A stretch of DNA of 63,272 bases, counting the filler, from Hausera hauseri (taxonomy: Eukaryota): the NCBI GenBank assembly GCA_046269625.1. It is 12 parts of 12 records of this genome, joined end to end, with 100 filler letters (N's around TTAATTAATTAA, not from the genome) between each part and the next. Parts side by side here need not be neighbours in the genome. Positions count along the whole stretch, not along the records: positions 25,774 to 30,106 come from JBJURY010631663.1; positions 30,207 to 34,678 come from JBJURY010564116.1; positions 34,779 to 39,825 come from JBJURY010352488.1; positions 39,926 to 45,019 come from JBJURY010337491.1; 8 more parts are not named here. One strand, written 5' to 3'. The notes under the pieces were generated by a model. It did not search any database. It saw nothing but the letters and a program-made list of their open reading frames with translations, and was not told the origin of the DNA. The position numbers and the translations under genes were made by a program. Shown piece after piece: positions 25,971 through 40,756 of this stretch. The number at the start of each line of letters is the position of its first letter. The stretch's first letter is position 1.

Positions 25971-28900
25971 CCACCAAACAACTATACACACATTTTTCAT
26001 ACTTGACCTACATTGGAAGAATTTCAAATTTCGAACCCTGAGAGGTTAGGCCTTAGTAAGAAACTATTGTAATTAAGTTTTTTAGAAAATGGCCGAAATT
26101 AATGATCACAGTAACTCGTTTGGAGAGGAATCTGGTAAGCATTCCTTTGGTGTATCTGTAATTGGTTGTTATTTTATTTTATTTGTAAATTATTGTTGTG
26201 AAATAAATGTTTTTCAAAATTAAACGAGACCAAAATGTTTGATATCGTGGATCGAGAATGTTTTGACGATTATAGCGAGAATGTTTCCAACCGCAACCGC
26301 CAATTTTATTAATAGCGTACAGCTGATCCGTTTATCGAACTCGGAGTGAAGTCAGTCAAATCAGAAACATTTGTTCCGACCGAATAATGTAGACCGATTG
26401 GGAACGGGCTATGGCAATTAACCTCGTTAATATCATTGGAGATGACGGAAGGATGTGCTGATAGCGATATATGCTTATGCGGTCTTGATCTGGAGCTTAG
26501 TCTATATTAAATAAAGATAGCGGTTTATTTTGTATATCGATCGAGATGCAAGTTGGCGAAACATTATAAATTATACGTCCTTAGTTATAATTATGTGCAT
26601 ATATTTAGATGGTAGAACGTACATCCGTTGATGCTGTGGTTTGTAAATAAAGTTTAAATTTAGACACCTTTGGGACAGTATAGTTGACAAGATATTTTCA
26701 AGCCCATTATTTGATGATTTTTATCGGTAAGAATATAAAATCGAATTGAAAAACGCTTCATCTGAGTTAATTGGATTGAGGAGAAGCAATATGATTTCCA
26801 TCTTGTCGCAGTTACCGAATTTATGTAGAATAATCAATTCGATTGACTCGAAAGTTTTAAATTTTCTTTTGATATAACTCTGTTAAAATAGTTTCAAGTT
26901 AATAGAGTGTGTATTTTAACCACCGAGGCCCACTAAAAGGTGTAACAATTAAGGAAATTATTTATGACAAATTTACGCCTCGGTTAAAGAATATTTGCGG
27001 CTTAAAGTAATATCGAGAAATTAAATTTTAACAAGGAGTACAAGGTATAGTATTAAAAATCAAAATTAATGTTCACTGAATTTTTATTTACGTACTTGTG
27101 CCCTCTCATCACGGGAGTTTCGTCGTTTGACGATCATTGCTTCGTGTCTCACTGATTTGAAGATTCGGATTTGGAATAAGAAAACATTGAACTTTTGGCC
27201 AAGGCCTTTGGACCGGGATGAATCAACCGTGTCTGGACGTTAATAATTTTGATGGCCAACGTGAGTCAATTGTTCGGGCTTGGCGGAACATTAATGACGA
27301 ACAACAAGGACCGTTAATGAAACTGAAACATAACGATGAGTAAGTAAAAGGAAGACGGATATCAGCGAGTCGAAAGATATTGTGAATGGAACTATGGCAA
27401 CAGAAAATGATGGAACATTCAGAAGGTCGATGCAAAACCAAAAAATTTAGTGGAAGATGAACCTGTTGAGGATGATAATGCTTAGTACGAGATCGGAATA
27501 TAAACTGATAAAGACCCGATCTGATAAACAATTCATCGATACAAATACATTGACTTCCATTGTAATATTTGCTCTTCTGATAAATTCTATTAATAAAGTT
27601 CAATACGATTACTGAAAATTCGACAGAATATTAAGTCAGAATTCGTATTGAGATTATGCATGGAATATTGTGCCAGATTTCTTACTGAAATTAAATCTCG
27701 CTTATCGAATAGTGCAGCGACGATTAGCGATCATAATAATGACGAAATATGGTCTTTTCGCGACGGATATGAGTATGTAACATGACCTGGGGAGTGTTTT
27801 GGACCATTTGGTCATGGCTAAAATTCAGAATAAAGGGAACGATATCTGCACCAGAGGTAAAAGGTGTTATCGAAGAAAAGTAGTAGAATAACGACATGTA
27901 GGTAAACAAGATGTATGATGCATTTGCAATCTAGTCGTGATGGATATAAATAAAGTTTATGTAAATAGATATTGGTCACGAGAACAGATCTTTGATACTC
28001 GGTAGAGTTTTAGCTAAATAGAGATAATCTTTGCTACAAAGTTTGGATCAAAATTAGTTATCAAAATACCCAATCTAAATAAAATATGACCCATCTAATA
28101 ATTATCCATGGTTGCCAACATCGACTAAATAATGAAATTGCAACATTTTCTTATATAATCACTCCAAGAGGGCCCTGATGATCCGACACCCTTTTAGTTA
28201 TGAATAATTTAAAGGATTGTACGGGCTAACCATACCTTATTTCATAAGGAAAGACAAGATATGAGGTTTGCATTTATGAATAATGTATTGGGTTGAGACG
28301 AGTAAGTTCCTGTCCTGATTTCCGCTTACATATTTTTACTATATCGGGAATCCCTGTTTACCTAACCGACCCCCTTTTAGTCGATAAATATTTGGAACTG
28401 TCATATTTTTATTATGTTAAAAATCATTGCTTACTTAACAGACTCCTCTGTAGTTGATACATATTTGGAGCTGTCGGATTAATTTTGATTGGCGAAAAGT
28501 TCGATCGGAATATATATTTTATGGACGCCATATTTGAATATAATCTTGTGTACTGTAACCTTGATGTTGATCGTCTCCTTCCATCGCATTGACTGAAATT
28601 TTAAATCATATATCAAGTTTAGCAAATGTTTATTGATTCCCGAATGCAGAGATAGTTGGAAAGATCATTAATTTCCAAACACCTCAGAGGAATTTGATGT
28701 TAACGACTACTTTAATGAATTCGTGTAATCCATTTTAGATTGTCAATAATGATCATTCTATTTCGAATAAGTACAGAATCCTAGGCAAAGGGATAAATCG
28801 ACGGTTGGAATAATCTCTGATGAAGATAAATCAATACGTATTATTGTGTCGTCAATTTGATGGGTAGTATTGTTAGTCAAATCGCAAATGAATCGTGTTC

Positions 28901-30206
28901 AATTTGTATATTTGTAAATTCAAACCGTACTTTGTATTGTGAATATATTGATGTTCAAATTGCAGTATTCGAGATCGATTGTGCGGTTCTAATATTATAA
29001 CGACATTATTTACATTATTATATAATAAGCTATAAATAAATTACAATTTGTACAGCAAGGACGTTCGATACCATAAATAACGCAGTATTTAACTCATGAC
29101 GTCTGATTTTGATCACCTCTTTTGGTATATAATGCAATATGTTCGGAAATGTTACGAATCGAAGACACACGATAGTTGGCACATAATGTGATCCATTCTC
29201 GGAATACTATATACTAAAAGCGTTTAACCATATTGGGGTGATCTATGTTCATACGTTCCAGTTATATGACTTATAACTTGACAGTGTGTTTGGCTACTTT
29301 GATGTTTTATGTAATCCATTTATTAGCCCGAAACCTTATTATGACCATCGTTGCATTTTACAAACCTCCCAACCGTTTGACACTTGGAATTTGATGAATA
29401 TTCATTTGTAAACCTATTTGATTTAAACCCTAGCCTATAACCATTTGGACCCCTTCTATTTCTTACAAATCTGCATGGATCTATATATTAAATACGTTGT
29501 TTAATACATACTTCAAAACACCTCATATCGGAGATACGGAGATTCTTATGAAGATTCGACGTTTTGGATAGAATAGACTGAGGAAAGAAGAACTCACAAT
29601 CCTTCAGGCCAGGAGGCAAATAGAGGTAAGTGATCAATTAAGATGAGAATACTTCAAGACTATATTACCTCAAACTATATGTCATGTCTGAAAAACCCTT
29701 CAAATATACTTCTGATTCAAAGGAATTTCAAGAAAGAAAGAAAATACAACAAGGTGTCTATAATAGAAAATAATTATTTATATGTTAGGTACTACTTAAG
29801 GCTAATATATATAACAGCTCCTGTACCACCAACAAATCGGATATCAACAAGAATTTGAAAGATCTGTCAGAACAAGAAAATATTCTGAACGAAATTCAGC
29901 AGTCGTACTATGTGGAATTACGTGAACTGAAGTCACTCGTTTCGTCACAATTCTCTCCTTTGATCAATCTATTCAAAACCCACCTCCGTTTATTACAATC
30001 CAGTGCACAGAAATTGAAAAAACAGATGCCGGACGAATCGTTGGTTATCGATTACGAACTCAAAGTTAAAATTGAAAAGGTCTTGAAGCTGATTAACTCT
30101 ATAGAANNNNNNNNNNNNNNNNNNNNNNNNNNNNNNNNNNNNNNNNNNNNTTAATTAATTAANNNNNNNNNNNNNNNNNNNNNNNNNNNNNNNNNNNNNN
30201 NNNNNN

Positions 30207-33200
30207 TGAAACGCTTGTGTCTATTCTTTGAAAGCCTTGATTCCATTTTTTAAAACGCTTGCCTCTATTCTTTGAAATGCTTGCCTCTATTCTTTGAAAC
30301 GCTTGATTGTATTCTTTGAAACGCTTGATTATATTCATTCAAATGCTTGTTTCTGTTAAATGAAATGATTTACTGTATTTCTTGAATTGGTCCATTGTAT
30401 TCTTTGAAAGGCTTAATATTGTTTTTTAAACGCGTGACTCTATGCTTTGAAAGGCTTGTTTCTATTCTTTGATATGCTTGATTCTATTGTTTGAAAGACT
30501 TGATTCTATTCTTTGAAATGCTTCTGTCTATTCATTGAAATGCTTGATTCTACTCTGTGAAACGCTGATCCTATTCTTTGAAATGTTTGATTTTATTCTT
30601 TGAAAACCTTGATTCTATGTTTTAAAACGCTTGACTCTATTCTTTTCTATGCTTTTGTCTATACTTTATAATGCTTCTCTCTACTCTTTGAAAAGCTTGA
30701 TACTATACGTTGAAATGCCTGATTCTATTCTTTGAAACGCTTGCTTCTCTTCTTCAAAGTGCTTGATTCTACTGTTTGAAACGCTGGTTTGTATTCTTTG
30801 AAATGCTTCATTCTATTCTTTGAAACCCTTGTTTCTTATCTCTAAAATGCTTCATTTTTTTCTTTGAAACGTTTGATTATATTCTTTAAAACTCTTGATT
30901 GTATTCTTTGAAACGTTTGATTCTGTTATGTGAAACTCTTGATTCTATTTTTTGAAAGCCTTGATACCATTTTTTAAAACGCTTGACCTATCCTTTGAAA
31001 TGTTCGCTTCTCTTCTTCGAAATGTTGTTTCTATACTTTGAAGTGCTTGATTCTGTTCTTTGAAACCTTGTCTATATATTTTAAAACGCTTGAATCTATA
31101 CTTTGAAATGCTTGATTCTATTCTCTGAAAGCCTTGATTCCATTTTTTACATCGCTTGACTCTGTGCTTTGAAATCTTGTTTCTATTCTTTGAAACGTTT
31201 ATTTGTATTCTTCGAAGTGTTCATTCAATACTTTGAAACGTATGTTTCACTTCTTAGAAATGCTTTATTCTATTGTTTTAAATGCTTGATTCTATTGTTT
31301 TGATCGCTTGTTTCTATTATCTCAAAAGCTTGATTCTATTCTTTGAAACCTTGTTTATATACATCAAAACGCTTGACTCTATACTTTGAAATGCTTGATT
31401 CTATTCTTTGAAACGCGTGTTCCTATTCTTTGAAATGCTTGATTCCTTTCTTTGAAACGCTTGAATGTATTCTTTGACACGCTTGATTCTCTTCTGTGAA
31501 ATGCTTGATTCTATTCTTTGAAAACCTTGATTCTGTTTTAAATCGCTTGACTCTGTGTATTGAAAGCTTGTATATATTCTTTGAAACGCATGTTTGTAAT
31601 CTTCGAAATGCATCATTCTATTCTTTGAAACGCTTTTTTCTCTTCTTTGAAATGCTTGATTCATTTATTCTCAATGCCTGATTCTACTCTTGGAAACGCT
31701 TGTTTATCTTCTATCAAATGCTTCATTCTATTGTTTGCAACGCTTGTTTCTATTCTTTGAAACGCGTTATTCTATTATTTGAAATGCTTGATTCTATTAT
31801 TTTAAAGTTCTTCATTCTATTCTTCGAAAGACTTGATTCCATTTTTTAAAACGCTTGACTCTAATCTTTGAAATTCTTGTTTCTTTTCTTTGAAATGATT
31901 GTTTCTATTCTTTGAAATGCTAGATTCTATTCTTTGAAAGCCTTGATTCTATTCTTTGAAACGATTGAATCTATTCTTCAAAATGCTTCATTCTATTCTT
32001 TGAAACGCTTGTTTCTCTTTGAAATGCTTGATTCATTTATTCGAAATGCTTGATTCTATTCTTCGAAACGCTCGTTCCTATACTTTGAACTGCTTGTTTC
32101 CATTCTTTGAAATGCTTGATTCTATTGTTTGAAACGCTTGTTTCTAATCTTTGAAAGGCTTGATTCTTTTCTTTGAAAGCTTGTTTCTATTCTTTGAAAC
32201 GTTTGTTTGTACTCTTTGAAATGATTCATTTTAATCTTTGAAACATTTGTTTCACTTCTTTGAAATGCTTGATTCATTTATTCTCAATGCCTTATTCTAT
32301 TCTTCGAAACGCTTGTTTCTCTCCTTTGAAATGCTTGATTCTATTATTTTGAACGCTCGTTTCTATTCTTTGAAACGTGTGATTCTATTATTTGAAATGC
32401 ATGATTCTATCATTTTAAAGTTCTTGTTTCTATTCTTCGAAAGCCTTGATTCCATTTTTTAAAACGCTTGACTCTTATTTTTGCAACTCTTTTTTTTTTC
32501 GAAATGATTATTTCTTTTCTTTGAAAGCCTTGATTCTATTCTTTGAAACTATTGATTCTATACTTCGAAATGCTTGATTCCATACTTTGAAACGCTTGTT
32601 TCTCATCTTTGAAAGGCTTGATTCCATTTTTTAAAACGCTTGCCTCTATTCCTTGAAATGCTTGTTTCTATACTTTGAAACGCTTGTGTCTATTCTTTGA
32701 AAGCCTTGATTCCATTTTTTAAAACGCTTGCCTCTATTCTTTGAAATGCTTGTTTCTATACTTTGAAACGCTTTATTGTATTCTATCGCTTGATGTTATT
32801 GTTTGAAAAGCTTGATTCTATTCTTTGAAATGCTTCTTTCTATTATTTGAAATGCTTGATTCTCTTCTTTGAAATGCTTGATTTTATTCTTTGAAACGCT
32901 TGTTTCTATTCCTTGAAATGCTTGAATTTCTTCTTTGAAATGATTGATTCTATTCTTTGAAATGCTTGATTCACTTCTTTGAAATGCTTGATTCTATTTT
33001 CTAAAACATTTGATTCATTTATTCGAAATGCTTAATTCTTTTTTTCTAAACGCTCGTTACCATTCTTTAAAATGCTTGTTTCTATTTTCAGAAATGCTTG
33101 AATCTATTGTTTGAAACGCCAGATTCTAATATTTAAGAAGCTTGATTCTATTCTTTGAAATGTTTGTTTCTATTCTTTCAAAAGCTTGATTCTATTCCTT

Positions 33201-34678
33201 GAAATGCTTGATTCTATTCTTTGAAACGCTTCTTTCCATTCTTTTAACGCGTAATTCAAAGAATTGAAACCCTTGATTCTATTCTTTGAAATGCTTGATT
33301 CTATACATTGAAGGCCTTCACTCTATTCTTTGAAAAGTTTGATTTTATTCTTTGAAATGCTTGATTTTATTCTTTGAAAGCCTTGATTTCCTTTTTTGAA
33401 AGGATTGATTCTATAGTTTGAAATGCTTGATTCTTTACTTCGAAACGATTGATTCTTTACTTTCAAATGCTTTATTATATTCTTTGAAATGCTTGATTCT
33501 ATTCTTTGAAACGCTTGATTCTTTTCTTTGAAATGCTTGATTCTATTCTTTGAAAGGTATGTTTGTATTCTTCCAATTGCTTCATTCTATTCTTTGAAAC
33601 GTTTATTTCACTTCTTTGAAATGCCTGAGTCTATTCTTTTAAATCCTTAATTCATTTATTCGAAATGCTTCATTTTATTCTTTGAAACGTTTGTTTCGCT
33701 TCATTGAAATTCTTGATTCTATTCCTTGAAATGCTTAATTCTATTCTTTGAAATGCTTGATTCTATTCTTTGAAATGTTTGATTCCATTCTTTGAAACGC
33801 TTGATTCTATTCTTTGAAACGCTTGATTCTCTTCTTTGAAATGCTTCTTTCTATTCTTTGAAATAATTGATTCTGTTCTTTGAAATGCTTGATTGTATTC
33901 TATGAAATGCTTCATTCTATTATTTGAAATGCTTGATTCTATTCTTTGAAATGCTTGATTCTATTCTTTCAAAGGCTTGATTCTATTCTTTGAAACGCTT
34001 AATTCTCTTCCTTGAAACTCTTAGTTCTATTCTTTGCAGCGCTTGTTTCTGTACTTTGAAATGCTTGACTCTAATGTTTCAAACGCTGGTTTCTATTCTT
34101 AAAAATGCTTGATTCTCTTCTTTGAAATGCTTGATTCTATAATTTTGAAGTTCTTGATTCTGTTCTTTGAAAGCCTTGATTCTACGTTTTAAAACGCTTG
34201 ACTCTATCCTTTGAAATGATTTATTCTGTTGTTTGAAACACTAGATTCAATTCTTTGAAACCAGTTATTCTATTCTTTGAAAGGCTTGATTATAATCTTT
34301 GAAAGCCTTGATTATATTCTTTGAAACGATGGATTGATATTTTGAAATGCCTGATTTTATTCTATGAAATGCTTGATAATATTTTTTGAAATCCTTGATT
34401 CTATTCTTTGAAATGCTTGACTTTATTCTACGAAATGCTTGATACTATTTTTTGAAATGCTTGATTATATTCTTTGAAACGCTTGATTTTATTCTATGAA
34501 ATGCTTGATTATATTCTTTGAAACGCTGGATTTTATTCCTTATAATGCTTGATTCTATTCTTTGAAATGCTTGATTCTATTCTTTGACATGCTTCATTCT
34601 CTTCTTTGAAATGCTTGATTCTATTCTTTGAAATGCTTGATTCTATTCTTTGAAATGCTTGATTCTATTCTTTGAAAT
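30207..34678. repeat. 22-bp tandem satellite, consensus TTCTTTGAAATGCTTGATTCTA
   Basis: About 200 head-to-tail diverged copies filling the contig. Confidence 0.97.
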
Positions 34679-36605
34679 NNNNNNNNNNNNNNNNNNNNNN
34701 NNNNNNNNNNNNNNNNNNNNNNTTAATTAATTAANNNNNNNNNNNNNNNNNNNNNNNNNNNNNNNNNNNNNNNNNNNNAGGATTATGGGTTTAGAGTTAA
34801 TGATGAGGGTCCATGGCGAGGGTTCATGGTGAGGGGTTTTGCGTTGCACCCGTTGCATACGTTTCGTGCCGGATTGGACTTAGTCTTATCCCGGCGTGAA
34901 GCGCTGCGAGGAGCGAAGCGCGACGGAAATTTTGGGATAAATCTAAGTACAAGACAGCACGATACGGATATAGCGCGTTTCATGCAATAGGGTTTAAGAG
35001 TTTGATAGTAACATGTTGTATATGTTAGGGGTTTAAGGTTGAGGGTTTGATAGTGTTATATATCTGCAGCCTAATTTTTGCTTATATTACTTTTAACTTA
35101 CTATATATTCTAATGTAGTCTAATTTGGGCATATTATATAATTTAGCTTATATTGCTTTCTAATTAATATATACATATTATAATGCGATCTAAGGTCGTC
35201 TTTTGCATGTTTTAACTTCTACTGTAGGGTTTGATTGTGGCGTATTGTATGTATTACGGGTTGGTAGTAGGGCTTTTCATGTGTTAGGGTTAATTATTAT
35301 TATTATTAACAAATGATAGGGCACGAAATAGGGCTTTTAAGCATCATACAGCTTTTAAGAGTAATTTCACTTTTTACATAATTTTGTCTTATATTTTACT
35401 ACAATGTAATTTTGGCTTATTACACATATATTGTTACTTATTCTAATCTAATAACATGTATTGCTATTGTAACTCTAACTTACGGTATATATTGCACCAT
35501 TTCGCGGACTTTCAACTTTAATTTGAAATGATTTTCTCTGCGCCGGTCGCATTGCTGCTGCCACTTGTTAACTAGGCTTATCCGCATACTTGGTAGCTTC
35601 TATCACTTGATCTTGCCGGTGCTTCGTCATTCGCACCTGCGGGCTTTGCGGCTCAATTAGCCGTTTGATAGGCTTCACACTTGGCACAGGCTTCTTTTTC
35701 GTTTCTGTGTTCTTCTATGTTTCCGATTCATAGTCAGAGTAGGCGTCTGTTAGTGCAATGCCCATCCTTAACTGACTGATAGACACTACATTTTTCCTAT
35801 GCTGGAGGCTGGCTCTTTGATTTACTGGACACTGGTGTTAGGTATTCAACCAAATAGACCGATTTGTCAAAATCTACTATTTCTTCGGCATTTGTCTCTG
35901 CTTCTGACTGTATATGCTCATTTTTAATCTTATTCTTTGTTCACTAGCTCTTGAGTAAGATGCTGACTTGTCATATTTTCGATAAAATAATGACAAATGC
36001 TGCCTTATATACTTTGCCATACTACTTCTTTTCTAAGGATGTCATAATTAGTGTCTGCACACATAATTTTAGGTGTGCGCGCACATCAAAAAAATAAAAG
36101 CACACACACAGTTTTCTGGATGCACACATTCACACACATTATTATATATAATATTTTACATTGCGGCTTTTTAACGTTACTAAGTAACAAGGTTAAAAAA
36201 TACTAATATTTTACATTGTGGTATGTTAAGTAATTTTTTCAATAAAATTTTATGTTTTGGCAACATTGACTTAAAATAGTTTTGGTAAACGGTTGATGTC
36301 AGTTATATAGTTTTATTTGATAAGTCTTAATAAATCTATATAGCACAAACTAAATAACACACATGTATATAACTTTCTCGCTATAAAATTTAATAAGTCT
36401 TTAAAAACTATAACACACACTCGAATATAATTTTTTCGTTGTCAAATTTTATAAGTCTAACAAAATTATATAACACATACACACATGAATACAAATTTGT
36501 TGCTATATTAGTCCTGAATGTTCCTATATAACACACACGATTACAATTTTACAAGTTGTTATTAAAACTAATTAACACAAACTAATAAAAATTTATTTGT
36601 TACAA

Positions 36606-36854
36606 TTACAAACTATACATTTTAAACATCCTCATTGCTTCAATATGCTTCACGACTAGCAATTGTACATCTTCGCTGTAAATTGAGTAGTACAGACTAG
36701 ATTAGGCACACTGTGGGCACGTTGTCTTTTCTTGTATCCATTGGTTTATGCACAGCAGGCAATACCTGTGGATACATCTGACTACTCTGACAGGCGTATA
36801 TTGTACACTGTCCTGACAAATGACGCAGAAGTCGCATTGAGATAAGCTTTACAT
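36606..36854 (-). pseudogene. Small C3HC4 RING-finger gene (two internal stops), divergent from pPolB
   Basis: Manual translation M*SLSQCDFCVICQDSVQYTPVRVVRCIHRYCLLCINQWIQEKTTCPQCA*...; AATAAA just after the final stop. Confidence 0.85.
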
Positions 36855-37639
36855 TGTTTAATAATGATTTATTGCAACATATTGCTACATTATATACATT
36901 TTTATCCTATAATTTGATTGGCTGAAATTTACTATAAATAAAGCATTGTAATCCACAAAAGTAACAAATCATTTCAAAGGATAAAATGGTATTATATTAC
37001 TTACATATTTCTTCTTACTTCTTATTCTAGAATTACGAATACAACTATTGTACCAGCCAAATCCACTCGCCGGACAAATGCTATGAAATTATGGCCAAGT
37101 ATTATGGCCTTCAATTGGACGGATCACAGTTTTCCATCTGTCCAAAATGTGAGAACTACAATACCCAGAATTCAAACATCGCCAAAAGGGATCACCTATC
37201 TTATTTCACAAAATCGAAAAAAATTAATTCTCAAAGGCCATATGGATACTATTAAAGTGGCCAAACAATTCGTCGCAGATCAACATGTAAAACCAACAAC
37301 ATGTACCCAACAACAACAACCAGTCAAACGGGCAATGAAGCCTGATCACAGTGTAGATAAGAAACGTAAATTTGATGAACATATTAAAAGGTCTGTACAA
37401 AAGATTAGACTCGATGTACAATCAGTTGTTGGTAATAATTATGTAAAGTTTTGTTTTGATGTTGTGCTGACCAAATGACTTCTACTCGACCGTCTGATGA
37501 GATTTTGACCATCTTACATCTGTACACTTCTACATTTCCATCTTGTAAAGTCCAATACGGTCTGGAGATTCTGTTTACTGATGTGAGTGTGATACAAAGG
37601 AGGATTATATTTCCCACAAATCTGACTCTTATGAGCAGT

Positions 37640-39612
37640 TTTATCCTGATTTAGTAGCTGGTAGTTTACTGTAGCAAATTGAAAATTTTGCTGAAATGGG
37701 TAGTGGGTGGAAGGTGGTTAAGATATTAAAGTACTCTTTTCATGTAGTAAATCAAGCACACTACCCTATTTGTCGGGTAAGTCCTATATTTCAACACCTG
37801 GTACTTTAAAAAAATGAAAAGGCTGTTATTAGTGTTCAAAATTAGGACCCTGTGATTCTTATACTCCATTCTTGCAATTGCTAAGTATTTCCTCTTTAAA
37901 GGTTCGGGTAAAAAGTCAGTTACTGTTAAATTTCTGGACACTTTGCAGCTTTTACCCGCTTCGCTCAAAACATTAGCATCGAACTTAGATAGCTATCCAT
38001 TGACAGAAGCGGCTTTTCCTTCGGACATTATTAAAGGAAAAGGTATATTTCCTTACACCGCTGCAAAATTTTCAGCGACTTGCAGTCCATTTCTGCATTA
38101 CCATGAAAATGGGGTGGTGTGAATGATACAGATTATGACGAAGCACAACTGGTTTGGCCAAGATATAGTTGCAGCTCGCTTTTGGATTATATGTTTATAC
38201 ATATGAAACTTTATGTTTTCTTGTTAGGTGATGTTTTCGAACCGTTTGGAAAGGAAGTTAAGTTGAACGATGGATTAAAATACGTTAATTTCGTCTCTAT
38301 TTCTGGTTTATCTTGGGCAACGCACTGAAAACCAGTCCATATCGAATAGAACTTATTCAGGACCCTCAGATGTACAATTTCTTTCAAACTGGTATATAAA
38401 TGTAAATAATTTGTACGACTCGGCTTTATCACAACTACTGCCATTTGCGAATTTAACATGGATATATGATGAGGACAAATTAACTAGCCTGATTGAACAA
38501 TTTCCTTTCATTGACTATGTTAGGGGAAAACGAGGCTTAGTATTTGAGGTGGATTTAAGCATTCCGGTTGACAAAGATGATGAGTTTGAAGAATTGTCTC
38601 TAGCACCAATTAACAAATGTCATCCTAGTTCAAAAGTTAAAAAATTGCTGCTTACACATGAGCGTAAGTCCAACTATGTTGTTCACTATCGGCTCTTACA
38701 GTTTTACATCGAGTTAGGCGCTAGAGTTTGAAAGGTACATCGGGATGTTGAGCTTGACCAGGGATATGTTTTTAAGGATTACATACGTAAATACTGCTAA
38801 GAGGGCTGCAGCAAATACTCTTTTTGAAAAAGACTTTTTAAGCTTAAGAACAATAGCTTATACGGCAAAACTGTTGAAAATCTTCTGAATAGATCCAACC
38901 TGAGACTGTACAATAACGCTAAAGAGCTAGTTACATATGCTAATAAGGCCCTGTTTAAAGATAGCATCATTATAGCCGATGATCTGGCTGCCGTTTTCCT
39001 TAATAAAGACATGGTCACATTAGATAAGCCCTCATACATCGGTCAGGACGTACTTGATCTATCCAAGTTACGGATGTATGAGCTGCATTATATCGACTTG
39101 GAGACATATAGGCACCAGTTACACTATGAACTTAATATTGTTGTTGTTGATACAAGCGGCTTCTTCCTTAAATGCCGTGGTGTTGACTTAAAATCACAAT
39201 TCTTACCGGAAATGATAGCAAACGAGAAGTTAGATACGTTAAACTATGACAAGAGTGATCCGCTGTACTCGACTGGTTTCGCAACTGTAATTGGGAACTT
39301 TAAAGACGAGATCAAGGGCAGCGCCTAGCATCAAAAGGCGATTTTCCTACGGCCGAAATCCTATGCCCTCAATACCGAAATTAAACCAGTCCTCAAACGT
39401 GACGGCATAAATCTCAAGCAGACAGATTTATACTTTGACAGCTACCTACAGGCTTATGAAACCGGTGGAAGCACCCTGGTGGATCACGAGGGAATTGGAA
39501 ATCCATCAGCTTATGACAATCAGCTCAAAAATGAAAGCATTGGATCGGTTCGACGACAAACGCCAGCGGATTGACAAGAACAAAAGTGTTGCATATGGAT
39601 ATTATTGTATAA
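37640..39612 (+). pseudogene. Polinton/Maverick-type protein-primed DNA polymerase B, decayed and internally deleted
   Basis: GSGW, FLDTLQLLPASL, KGIFPY, FEVDL, KKLLLT, KLKNNSLYGKTVEN, LDLSKLRMY, RPKSY, FDDKR. Confidence 0.9.
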
Positions 39613-40756
39613 ATGTGTGATTACATTTGGTGCCAATAAATATTTCATTCTTTACCGTGTTTATTTTATTAATAAGGTTTTCTTAATCAGGGTAAATACG
39701 TTTCATTTACACTGTTTTCGTATTGAGAACATTTACAACATACAAAGGTTAACATTTATTATCGAACATATTTTGATAAAAATACTACAACTGCACCAGT
39801 AAGAATACTACACACAAGTAAAACANNNNNNNNNNNNNNNNNNNNNNNNNNNNNNNNNNNNNNNNNNNNTTAATTAATTAANNNNNNNNNNNNNNNNNNN
39901 NNNNNNNNNNNNNNNNNNNNNNNNNACAGGGCAGTTTCCGGTCGACAGTCAACTTGCGCTCAATGTCCAATACATCACAACCGGAAGCTACACTATTAGA
40001 GTATTGGCGTATAATAGCATTGAAAGTACCATGGAAAACGGTAGTTACTGCGTCTCGTGTTAATTGCAACCTGCCAGTCACAACTACAAACGATAACAGT
40101 ATCTACATTCAATGAAGCTTATTTTTTCAATTATCTCTAAATGCCAATAAAAGATAGATTCATCACAGATCTCTTCATCAATCAAAGTATTATCATTCAG
40201 ACCAGGTCATTCGCACTCAGTAGATAAAAATTCCATTTACACAGAAAATCCAAATAAGGAAGATTGATCTCTAGACGCCTGCTTTTAGGCTGCTTTTGCA
40301 AATTCACCGACTTCAATGGATGTACTGTGTTTAGAATAATTTGTATTCTTTTCTTTTGCAAAAAGTGCATTTTATTACTTTTCAGTTGTTCTGGATTGAC
40401 ACCAACTTAATGCACATTACTCTTTTTGTGACGTAATTTGTTATGTCATCAGTTAATGTCAATGGTTATTTTTTGCAAGTATGTTGTCGAAAAATGGTTT
40501 GTTTAAAATAACCAAAAAAAGGAGGATTGAGAAGTACGGTTTTTGAATTCGGCTTTTAGCCGTAGTGAATAAAATCGTTGTGTCCCTGTTGAATTCAATT
40601 TCTTGCAGTTTGCCATTTTGGACTTTTATCGTCATTTTGACTTCATTTTATTTTGTATTCTCTTGTTGTCGATCATTGGATATAACTCAATTTCCAAATT
40701 GGTGTCAGATTATACCAGTACAAAACAGTCAATTTTCTTTCCAAACTGACGTTAGA

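Noticed and set aside
30207-34678. Regular short repeats resembling a CRISPR array, and ORFs within them
   Set aside because: Head-to-tail 22-mers with no unique spacers and no cas genes; the ORFs are chance products of the repeat
34779-35300. Scattered TTAGGG/GGGTTT motifs as a telomere
   Set aside because: Isolated and degenerate, with no tandem array
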